From a virus: DNA of 64,000 bases. The position numbers and the translations under genes are program-made. Below the pieces are notes generated by a model, which saw only the letters and a program-made list of their open reading frames with translations, was not told the origin of the DNA and searched no databases. This document shows positions 1 to 6,851 of the stretch, piece by piece. Position 1 is the stretch's first letter, and the number at the start of each line of letters is the position of its first letter. The stretch lies in the IMG/VR virus record IMGVR_UViG_3300043788_000060, positions 32,001 to 96,000 of that record, one strand, 5' to 3'.

Positions 1-14
1 CGAAACGGACTCAG

Positions 15-206
15 ATGAGGGACCCAGTATTCAGGTTTGAGGGAAGATACCACCGAAACAAGCTTATGACCCACTATGTTTGTCCAATGTGCGAGAAACC
101 CGACGGCAAAGAGTACGACGATTTCTTGTCGATTAGCAGCAGAAAAGGAATTTTGAGGTTCTGCGAATTTTGCAAACATACGTGGAGAGAAAAGTTTGCC
201 TCGTAA
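15..206 (+). CDS. small Zn-ribbon hypothetical protein
   Basis: 63-aa ORF with CPMC and CEFC pairs; its stop overlaps the first tRNA. Confidence 0.5.
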   Translation: MRDPVFRFEGRYHRNKLMTHYVCPMCEKPDGKEYDDFLSISSRKGILRFCEFCKHTWREKFAS

Positions 207-272
207 GCATTGGTGCTGATGCACCGGTCCTGTAAACCGGACAACTCAGTTGAACTCTGAGACGGGGCTCCA
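198..272 (+). tRNA. tRNA-Thr(UGU), atypical C33
   Basis: Acceptor GCCTCGT/ACGGGGC, anticodon stem CCGGT/ACCGG with loop CCTGTAA, T-arm CTCAG-TTGAACT-CTGAG, 3' TCCA. Confidence 0.75.
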
Positions 273-359
273 TACAAGCATCTTGTGACACCTACTCCAG
301 ATGCGCCTAACTAGGAAGGCTAAGTGGTGTGACTCCCGGGAGAGTACGGACAAATTTAT

Positions 360-435
360 GGTGGGATTGGCCGAGAGATTTAGGCGCGGGACTGTGACCC
401 CCGATACAGGAGTTTGATTCTCCTATCCTACCCCA
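360..435 (+). tRNA. tRNA-His(GUG)
   Basis: G-1:C73, acceptor GTGGGAT/ATCCTAC, loop CTGTGAC, encoded CCA. Confidence 0.9.
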
Positions 436-520
436 AGGTGCCAGAAAATTCCGGCTCGAATCCGGACCAACGGGTGCAAACGTTGAGTCGTCTAACGGGA
501 GGACATCTGGCTGTATTTTT

Positions 521-592
521 GGGCCGGGCTCCGAAGAGCAGATTTTCCTTGCAAGAAAGTCGCGGTGGGTTTAACTCCCACACGGTCCACCA
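521..592 (+). tRNA. tRNA-Ala(UGC)
   Basis: Loop CTTGCAA, G3:U70 alanine identity pair, 3' ACCA; D-arm is degenerate. Confidence 0.8.
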
Positions 593-646
593 ATGTATGA
601 ATGGGACCAACCGCTGCCGAGGCAAGTTGCCCATTCGCCCGTTTTA

Positions 647-722
647 GCCAACTGAGCAAGAGTGGTCTTTGCACCGGCTTGAAGCACCGAGGAGAGGCGT
701 TCGATTCGCCTAGTTGGCACCA
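647..722 (+). tRNA. tRNA-Phe(GAA)
   Basis: Acceptor GCCAACT/AGTTGGC, loop TTGAAGC, T-loop TTCGATT, 3' ACCA; weak anticodon stem. Confidence 0.8.
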
Positions 723-728
723 TAAAGT

Positions 729-800
729 TTTGCCTTGGTGTAATAGTGAGCACGAAGCCCCATAGGGGTTTATGATCCGGCTAAAATCCGGGAGGCAAAA
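729..800 (+). tRNA. tRNA-like cloverleaf, nominal anticodon AUA, no CCA (pseudo-tRNA?)
   Basis: TTTGCCT/AGGCAAA, D stem GTGT/GCAC, AAGCC-CCATAGG-GGTTT, TCCGG-CTAAAAT-CCGGG. Confidence 0.45.
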
Positions 801-808
801 AGTTTTAT

Positions 809-879
809 CAGTGACTGGGGTAGTGGTCGCCTCCGAGCCTCGGATGCTCGTGGAGAAAGTTCGATTCTTTCGTCGCTGA
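809..879 (+). tRNA. tRNA-Pro(CGG)
   Basis: Acceptor CAGTGAC/GTCGCTG, CGAGC-CTCGGAT-GCTCG, T-loop TTCGATT; CCA not encoded. Confidence 0.85.
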
Positions 880-967
880 CGGGGTGTAAAACCGTAAATA
901 GAAGCGGTCCTGCTTTGGAAGCAGGAGATTAAGATCACTGGACGTGCAAGTCGTCTCACCCCGACCA
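880..967 (+). tRNA. tRNA-Pro(UGG) with enlarged variable region
   Basis: CGGGGTG/CACCCCG, CCTGC-TTTGGAA-GCAGG, 3' ACCA. Confidence 0.85.
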
Positions 968-972
968 GTTAT

Positions 973-1047
973 GCCCGGTTCGTTCAACGTATAGGACCCA
1001 AGATTGCGAATCTTGAGACAGAAGTTAGACTCTTCTATCGGGCACCA
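973..1047 (+). tRNA. tRNA-Arg(GCG)
   Basis: GCCCGGT/ATCGGGC, CAAGA-TTGCGAA-TCTTG, 3' ACCA. Confidence 0.85.
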
Positions 1048-1052
1048 TTTAC

Positions 1053-1129
1053 GGCTCTATCGGCAACTGGAAAGTCGATCTCGCTTCGAACGAGAAACAG
1101 TGTAGGTTCGAGTCCTACTAGGGCTACCA
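1053..1129 (+). tRNA. tRNA-Arg(UCG)
   Basis: GGCTCTA/TAGGGCT, loop CTTCGAA, T-loop TTCGAGT, 3' ACCA. Confidence 0.85.
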
Positions 1130-1130
1130 C

Positions 1131-1204
1131 GCGAGTTTAATTTAGTGCCAGAATGTCGATCTCCAAAATCGAACGCAGGGGTTGAATTCCTCTAACTCGC
1201 GCCA
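1131..1204 (+). tRNA. tRNA-Trp(CCA)
   Basis: GCGAGTT/AACTCGC, TCGAT-CTCCAAA-ATCGA, 3' GCCA. Confidence 0.88.
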
Positions 1205-1209
1205 TTTTC

Positions 1210-1285
1210 GCCAACGAGGACGAAGCGGATAGTCGCCGCCCTCATAAAGCGGTTGTAGCTGATTCGAGTTCAGCCGTTGGCACCA
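1210..1285 (+). tRNA. tRNA-Met or Ile2 (CAU)
   Basis: GCCAACG/CGTTGGC, loop CTCATAA, 3' ACCA. Confidence 0.85.
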
Positions 1286-1430
1286 AGTTCAAAGAACAGG
1301 GGCAGAAATGTCAACTGTTCCTAGGCGGATAGAGCGCCCGGTCTAATAGCTGGCACATGGCGAGAGGAAGGAACAGGGTACCTTACGTCGTGCCGCCCTA
1401 TCCGTGACCCATTAGTCCGAATAATGGACT

Positions 1431-1525
1431 GCCGGAATTCTCAGGCGAGACGCTGGGTTTTATAAGCCCGGTTGTTGTCGGTCGATAGCCGATGCGCGAG
1501 AGATCGTCCCTCTCTTCCGGCCCCA
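1431..1525 (+). tRNA. tRNA with UAU anticodon (Ile) and long variable arm
   Basis: GCCGGAA/TTCCGGC, TGGGT-TTTATAA-GCCCG, variable hairpin GTCGGTCGATAGCCGAT, 3' CCCA. Confidence 0.7.
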
Positions 1526-1526
1526 C

Positions 1527-1601
1527 GGGTTGCAAGCTTTGATGGCGAAGCATCCGGCTCTTACCCGGAAGAACAGATTTCGATTATCTGGCAACCCACC
1601 A
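1527..1601 (+). tRNA. tRNA-Lys(CUU)
   Basis: GGGTTGC/GCAACCC, TCCGG-CTCTTAC-CCGGA, 3' ACCA. Confidence 0.9.
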
Positions 1602-1619
1602 ATTAAAAGTCAACACTGT

Positions 1620-1694
1620 GGGCCTCAAGCTTTAATGGTGAAGCAGTTGGCTTTTAACCTCCAGAACGGGGATCGTTACCCCGGGGGCCCACCA
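1620..1694 (+). tRNA. tRNA-Lys(UUU)
   Basis: GGGCCTC/GGGGCCC, loop CTTTTAA, 3' ACCA; mismatched anticodon stem. Confidence 0.82.
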
Positions 1695-1701
1695 AGTTTA
1701 T

Positions 1702-1779
1702 GCGCCAGTGGCTCGAAATGAACTAGGCCCCGAGCTTCTACCTCGGAGTATGCAGGTTTGAATCCTGTCTGGCGTTCCA
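1702..1779 (+). tRNA. tRNA-Arg(UCU)
   Basis: GCGCCAG/CTGGCGT, CCGAG-CTTCTAC-CTCGG, 3' TCCA. Confidence 0.85.
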
Positions 1780-1997
1780 TTTTGCGCAGGACCTCATCGT
1801 TGGCCCAGCAGAGATTTTGATATCCACGGGGTCTCACAGAAAGTAACCTGCGCAAATTTTTTCGAGGAGTTCAGATGAAAGTTGAATTCGCTTTTATGAA
1901 ACCTTGGTCCGGGATTTGGGTCGGGTTTCTCTGGGACGAACAAGTTAACGGATTATATATTAGTTTGTTACCTCCGTTTGTCATCAAGTTTCTATTT

Positions 1998-2073
1998 GGT
2001 CCCGTAGCTCAAGAGAACAGAGCGGTAGTTTCCTAAACTTCAGACCCGAGTTTAAGTCTCGGCGGGACCCCCA
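1998..2073 (+). tRNA. tRNA-Arg(CCU)
   Basis: GGTCCCG/CGGGACC, D stem GCTC/GAGC, loop TTCCTAA, 3' CCCA. Confidence 0.85.
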
Positions 2074-2163
2074 AGTTTGTGTGGTTAGCGAGGGAAGGGC
2101 AAGCTCCACCTCCCAAAGCGTTTGATGAGCAAAGGTAACAACAAACATCCACACAAAGTTTTT

Positions 2164-2238
2164 GCAGACGTAGTGAAACGGACATAATAAAACCCTCCGA
2201 AGGTTTAGTTGGCAGTTCGAATCTGCCCGTCTGCACCA
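2164..2238 (+). tRNA. tRNA-Arg(CCG)
   Basis: GCAGACG/CGTCTGC, AAACC-CTCCGAA-GGTTT, T-loop TTCGAAT, 3' ACCA. Confidence 0.88.
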
Positions 2239-2395
2239 TGTTTGTAACAGCAGCGAGAAATCGCAGGTAGGAACGCCCTTTCTGAGCGGTCAGCCGTCGT
2301 CCCGAGGCTTCCCATAATGGACCGGTGGGACATCACACAGATGTTAAACGCCCGCTATAATTTCGGGGCACTCAGAATCTGTTACAATTCGTTTT

Positions 2396-2473
2396 GCCGG
2401 GTTAACTCAGTCTGCTCAGAGTGCCTCTCTTACAAAGAGGAAGCCGAAGGTTGGAATCCTTCACCCGGTACCA
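2396..2473 (+). tRNA. tRNA-Val(UAC)
   Basis: GCCGGGT/ACCCGGT, CCTCT-CTTACAA-AGAGG, 3' ACCA. Confidence 0.88.
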
Positions 2474-2478
2474 TATTT

Positions 2479-2556
2479 CCCAGAGTAGCTCAAGTGGCTC
2501 AGAGCACTCGACCGATAATCGAGAGGTTGGGGATTCGATTACCCCCTCTGGGACCA
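2479..2556 (+). tRNA. tRNA-Ile(GAU), atypical C33
   Basis: CCCAGAG/CTCTGGG, CTCGA-CCGATAA-TCGAG, 3' ACCA. Confidence 0.85.
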
Positions 2557-2668
2557 TACAATTTATTTGCAGAATACTTGTGTATTGGCTTTCTGATGTC
2601 AAGAGCCGAATACGACAGCACATGGCAGTGCATAATAAATCGTCCTGCAAATGAGACATCAAATTTTC

Positions 2669-2746
2669 GCGGCCATAGCCAAGTCTGCTAAGGCAATAGT
2701 CTTCCAAACTATCATCACGCGGGTTGGAATCCCGCTGGCCGCTCCA
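2669..2746 (+). tRNA. tRNA-Gly(UCC)
   Basis: GCGGCCA/TGGCCGC, ATAGT-CTTCCAA-ACTAT, 3' TCCA. Confidence 0.9.
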
Positions 2747-2868
2747 TCGTTCCGCTACCATGTGTAGTCCGAATTGGCTCGACGGTTCCCGACGGGCCCC
2801 CAAAATTTTAGTCCGGATAATGGACTAATTCGATCCGAGCCCGAGCGCCGGAATCCCACGAGAACAAT

Positions 2869-3111
2869 ATGTCGAATGAATCCAAAATCACAGCCGAGTT
2901 GCGTGTGAAAAGCTGCGTAGTTAGCCAATTCCCCAAACCAAACAAACGATCATTTGCTCCAAGCAAACAACAGGGAGAAGAAGTTTGGGAAGTTAAAGCT
3001 GAAGGAGACGGAATACCCTACCCCATCTCTCTGCACTTCACGACTCTGCCCGGACACAAAGTTATTGCCCCTATGGGGAAAATCAAGATCACAATCGAGG
3101 CTTCGGCCTAA
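2869..3111 (+). CDS. hypothetical protein
   Basis: 80-aa ORF, first gene after the tRNA array, tightly followed by the next gene. Confidence 0.6.
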   Translation: MSNESKITAELRVKSCVVSQFPKPNKRSFAPSKQQGEEVWEVKAEGDGIPYPISLHFTTLPGHKVIAPMGKIKITIEASA

Positions 3112-3123
3112 AGGAATTTTAAC

Positions 3124-3771
3124 ATGGCACGTCAAGACACGTCAGTTGGCTATTACAATTATCCGGTAGCCACTACTACTTCCACCTCCGCTAATATCAT
3201 TCTTGCACCAACTGCTTCGGGTGTGTACCCCGGGTTCCCTTCCCCCCTATTCCCGTTGTCCACTTCGACCTATCCGGCTGCTCTGATTCTATCGGTTCCG
3301 CCTGATGTCGCTTTGAGCGAGTCGTGGGATGGACATCCATTTGAAATCGTAGTTGCTGGGCGTTTGACTACATCGGCTACTTCGAATTTCTTGCTCAATA
3401 TGTACAACGTGACCAATGCCGCTTCGTATGGGGCAACCCCAAGCGGTTCCGCGTATAAGGCAGCGTCCACTAGCGGTACAGGCGTAACTACTCTTATTAC
3501 CGGTACGGCGACGGCAGTTGGTTCGGGCGGTGCTTCGGTCAACTTTGTAGCTCGTGGCCAGTTTATTTGGGATTCGATTTCGAAAACACTGAACGCCGCA
3601 AACGCTGCTTCCACCTATCAAGCAGGATCGTCCGTTTCCACAGCGAATACTACTGCCTCAGTAACTAGCATCGCAGCCACCGATCTAAACTTCACGTTGG
3701 GGATTACGTATTCGTCCGCCACCGCCGCTCCCGCTCTAGTATTGACCGAGTGGGTAATCAACCGCATCTAA
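3124..3771 (+). CDS. putative virion structural protein, paralog of 24309..24989
   Basis: T/S/A-rich beta-type protein; shares WDGHPF/WSGRPF, WDSISK/WDPTSQ and EWVINRI/EFVIDQI with 24309..24989. Confidence 0.7.
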   Translation: MARQDTSVGYYNYPVATTTSTSANIILAPTASGVYPGFPSPLFPLSTSTYPAALILSVPPDVALSESWDGHPFEIVVAGRLTTSATSNFLLNMYNVTNAASYGATPSGSAYKAASTSGTGVTTLITGTATAVGSGGASVNFVARGQFIWDSISKTLNAANAASTYQAGSSVSTANTTASVTSIAATDLNFTLGITYSSATAAPALVLTEWVINRI

Positions 3772-3778
3772 CCAACAC

Positions 3779-3809
3779 AGGAGGGTCTTCGGGCCCTCCT
3801 AACTTCTTT
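3779..3809 (+). terminator. probable intrinsic terminator
   Basis: AGGAGGGTC-TTCG-GGCCCTCCT hairpin with a T-rich tail just after the stop codon. Confidence 0.6.
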
Positions 3810-3821
3810 AAGGGGTCCAGT

Positions 3822-4028
3822 ATGGAATGGTTAGTTCTTATTGGATTTCTGGTGCTGGCAGGCTGGGGAATCGACCGCCATCTTCGCCTGCGCGATATAG
3901 AAATCGCCCTCAAAGATCATCTAAGCGATCTCGAAACAGCTTCGCCTCTCACCAAAACCTGCGAATGCTGCCTGCAATCCCGGATCATGGAGATTAAACA
4001 CCTGATCAGGGAACATTTCAAGTTGTAA
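3822..4028 (+). CDS. small membrane protein
   Basis: MEWLVLIGFLVLAGWGI transmembrane start. Confidence 0.6.
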   Translation: MEWLVLIGFLVLAGWGIDRHLRLRDIEIALKDHLSDLETASPLTKTCECCLQSRIMEIKHLIREHFKL

Positions 4029-4036
4029 GGAACAAC

Positions 4037-4417
4037 ATGGCAACTACTGTAATCAAAACTCGGGTCGCGGTGAATTTGGGAAGCATCTCGGCGGTCAATA
4101 CTCCTGTGACGTTCGGTCTCGGCGATATGACTTTTAACTATCGCGGATTCCTGACTATAATGGGCGGCTCAGGCGGCGCGGTAACGACACCGACATATAT
4201 TCTGGAAGCCAGCCTCGATCAGGGAGTTAGCTGGTTTGCAATACCGGCCAACACTACCCAACCCGCCGTTGTTACCGGGACTTTCCTTACAGGAGACACC
4301 GCCGCGCTTTTTGTCAACCAGTATAATGTGTCCGGTCTGTCTGGAGCGTTATTTCATTTTGGTTTGACAGCAGGATCGGCTATAACTGCGATTCCGATTT
4401 GGGCGCTGGTAGGATAA
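4037..4417 (+). CDS. putative virion beta-sandwich protein
   Basis: LEASLDQGVSWF motif typical of small phage structural proteins; AAGGA SD. Confidence 0.65.
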   Translation: MATTVIKTRVAVNLGSISAVNTPVTFGLGDMTFNYRGFLTIMGGSGGAVTTPTYILEASLDQGVSWFAIPANTTQPAVVTGTFLTGDTAALFVNQYNVSGLSGALFHFGLTAGSAITAIPIWALVG

Positions 4418-4452
4418 ACTCGTCCGAATAACGGACAGAAAAGACAAATTCA

Positions 4453-4776
4453 ATGGCAGAAAAATCTCACACCGGTTCCCGCGCAAAGTCCGCGCTCTCC
4501 GGCAAGGGCAAGTCGAAATCGAAGTCCAGTGGCAAGAAACCACATCGCCTGACTATTCGCCACGGCAAGTCTGGTGGCCACGTGGTTACCCATCACTTTG
4601 AACCCGACGAAAGCGGAATGGCACAGCCGGACGAAGAACACGTATTACCAGATCAGCAATCCATGCTCCAACACGTAGCCGATAATACGGACAATAATCC
4701 TATTTCCCAACCTCTTCCTCAGCCAACTGTGACCCCTTCTCCCACAGCAGGAACAGCCCCTCCCGCCGGAATGTAA
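4453..4776 (+). CDS. K/H-rich hypothetical protein
   Basis: 107-aa ORF with basic N-terminus and GGHVVTHH. Confidence 0.65.
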   Translation: MAEKSHTGSRAKSALSGKGKSKSKSSGKKPHRLTIRHGKSGGHVVTHHFEPDESGMAQPDEEHVLPDQQSMLQHVADNTDNNPISQPLPQPTVTPSPTAGTAPPAGM

Positions 4777-4815
4777 AAGGACCGTAAACTCTAGTCCTAG
4801 AAGGTAATTTATCTT

Positions 4816-5076
4816 ATGTCTATTGGAAATGTCATCGTGGATCATTGGGGAGCAATTGCTGGAACGGGCGGCGGGTTTCTTGCCTTCAACGCGGCAGTAG
4901 CCGCCCTTCCGCCTAAAGACACCAAGATATCTTCTTTCAAACAATTCCTTGCGGTGTCTTACGGATTTGTCTACGATTTTCTGCATAACTTCGCGTCGTT
5001 CCGGAGTGGTGGTTCTTCCAACCCTTCGACCCTTCAAAACCCTACCCAGCCGGTATCCCCGGCCACGACCAAATAA
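4816..5076 (+). CDS. small membrane protein (holin-like)
   Basis: Two hydrophobic segments in 86 aa. Confidence 0.5.
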   Translation: MSIGNVIVDHWGAIAGTGGGFLAFNAAVAALPPKDTKISSFKQFLAVSYGFVYDFLHNFASFRSGGSSNPSTLQNPTQPVSPATTK

Positions 5077-5090
5077 CCAAGGAGATTCAA

Positions 5091-5522
5091 ATGGCAACAA
5101 CTTTCAAATCATTTCTTAGCGCAGTCGGCCACGACTTCGTGACTGCTCTAAACTGGATTGGCAGCACCAAGGGGCAAGCAGCTATCGCGGGTACAGAAAC
5201 TATTGTCAACTCGGTAGTGACTGCCATTAACCCAGCAGCCGGTCTGGCGTTGGACGGCGTGGAGGCTCTTGTTAATGCTGGCCTAAAGCAAGTCGTTGCA
5301 ATCGAAGCATCCGCCGCCGCGTTGAATGTACAGAGCGGAACAGGCGCTCAGAAGCTGGCCGCTGTGGTAGCTGCTTTGACACCGCAGGCTCAGGCTTTGC
5401 TGGTGAGTGTTGGAGTTTCTGCTCCGACAGCAGCAGAAGTTCAGACTCTGGCAAGCAATATTGCTAACGGTCTCGTGGCCATCCTCAATGCAATTCCGGC
5501 TTCTGCAACCGCAACAGCGTAA
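5091..5522 (+). CDS. Ala-rich hypothetical protein
   Basis: 143-aa ORF, AGGAG SD. Confidence 0.7.
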   Translation: MATTFKSFLSAVGHDFVTALNWIGSTKGQAAIAGTETIVNSVVTAINPAAGLALDGVEALVNAGLKQVVAIEASAAALNVQSGTGAQKLAAVVAALTPQAQALLVSVGVSAPTAAEVQTLASNIANGLVAILNAIPASATATA

Positions 5523-5541
5523 ATCGTCCGAATAGTGGACT

Positions 5542-6264
5542 ATGACCACTTGGTTAAGTAAAATTCGTTTATGGGAAGTAGCACTGACTGTGCTAGTAGC
5601 CTTCAGTTGCTACTTTCTGTGGACGGCTTCACAAACCGATAGACAGATCGCGCAACAGGCAACTGTTGTTCTCAAGCACGCTGACAAGTCTTTGTCTGGG
5701 ATTGACAAATCGGTTGCCCAAGTTGGAACGGCTTTTACTACCGCCGCAACTGCTGTAACTAAAACCCAGAAGTCTGTAGCAGCAGTATCGACGCAGTTGT
5801 CTGGGGTAGCGGTTGGTTTGCAAAAAACGGTAGCTTTGGTTAACGCCCCGTGCGCGCCCGGCCCATGCGGAACGGTCGCGGAGGTCGGAAAGACCCTGAA
5901 TACCGCTAGGCTTACTATGGGTCAAGTCGAGATCGCTACAAACTCCTTCGACAAGAACCAAGACAAGTTTTACCAGCAGGAAGCGCAGTTGTACGCCGAT
6001 TCGGATGGGGCGGCAAAAAATCTGAATTCCATTTTGACTTCACCAGATGTCTACGATTCTCTACACAACATAAATACTGTGACCGCCAATCTAGGACAAT
6101 CGACGACTGATTTCCAGAATAAATTCCACGATTTTTTGTATCCTCCGCCGTGTGCCGGATTCAAATGTTGGGTTAGGAAAACTTACGAGACAATCAAAGT
6201 TGGGTCGGACTTGTTAGAACCTGCGTATTATGGTTGGGCGTTAGTGGGGAACATCAGACCTTGA
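5542..6264 (+). CDS. membrane-anchored coiled-coil protein (spanin-like candidate)
   Basis: N-terminal TM segment followed by long helical region with Cys pairs (PCAPGPC, PCAGFKC). Confidence 0.55.
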   Translation: MTTWLSKIRLWEVALTVLVAFSCYFLWTASQTDRQIAQQATVVLKHADKSLSGIDKSVAQVGTAFTTAATAVTKTQKSVAAVSTQLSGVAVGLQKTVALVNAPCAPGPCGTVAEVGKTLNTARLTMGQVEIATNSFDKNQDKFYQQEAQLYADSDGAAKNLNSILTSPDVYDSLHNINTVTANLGQSTTDFQNKFHDFLYPPPCAGFKCWVRKTYETIKVGSDLLEPAYYGWALVGNIRP

Positions 6265-6438
6265 GCCCCGAATCCATAGAACGGATCAGACAATATGTCT
6301 CTGGTACCAGACGCGAGGATGTAGCTTCCGCTAGAAACAGTCGCGACAACGGGTACAAATCCATCGCTATGGAGCATGAAAACAGGGTCGCGCTAGCCGA
6401 TCAAATCTTGAAGGACCTCGCAGAATTTGGAGGGCAGA

Positions 6439-6576
6439 ATGCCGTATAAATCGAAAGCGCAAGAAGCCTATTTCAACGTCAACCGCAAGAAACTTGAGAA
6501 GCAAGGGGTCGATGTTGGCGAATGGAATAAGGCGTCTAAGGGAAAGAAACTCCCCAAGAAGGTCAAGAAGAAATAG
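6439..6576 (+). CDS. small basic phage protein (MPYKSKAQ type)
   Basis: MPYKSKAQEAYFNVNRKKLEKQGVDVGEWNKASKGKKLPKKVKKK; GGAGG SD; below the ORF-track size cutoff. Confidence 0.75.
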   Translation: MPYKSKAQEAYFNVNRKKLEKQGVDVGEWNKASKGKKLPKKVKKK

Positions 6577-6842
6577 TGCCAGACTCTCGCGCAAAATCCG
6601 TGCTTGGTAAATCTGAACCTCACGGACAGGGAACCCGGGTTGCGGAGTATATTGAAACGCCTCTTCGCATTCACTGCGGAACTTGCGAATATCTTGTTGG
6701 CAAAAAATTTTGTAGACAAGGGAACGTAGCTAAAGACAAACAGGTCCCGACCGACAAATCTACCGGACTGAAAATTGTTGATCCCGTAAAAGGATGCTGT
6801 CGTTTTTGGGAGCCGGAAGACAAGAAAGATTTGTCCAAATAA
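6576..6842 (+). CDS. small 4-Cys protein, HiPIP-like spacing
   Basis: CGTCEY...FC...GCCRFW. Confidence 0.55.
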   Translation: MPDSRAKSVLGKSEPHGQGTRVAEYIETPLRIHCGTCEYLVGKKFCRQGNVAKDKQVPTDKSTGLKIVDPVKGCCRFWEPEDKKDLSK

Positions 6843-6851
6843 TGGACGTTC

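Noticed and set aside
436-520. Additional tRNA after tRNA-His
   Set aside because: Only a T-arm-like hairpin (TCCGG-CTCGAAT-CCGGA) is present; no acceptor stem or D arm
414-2803. ORF-track ORFs across the tRNA array
   Set aside because: They overlap tRNA cloverleafs on either strand and show no protein motifs
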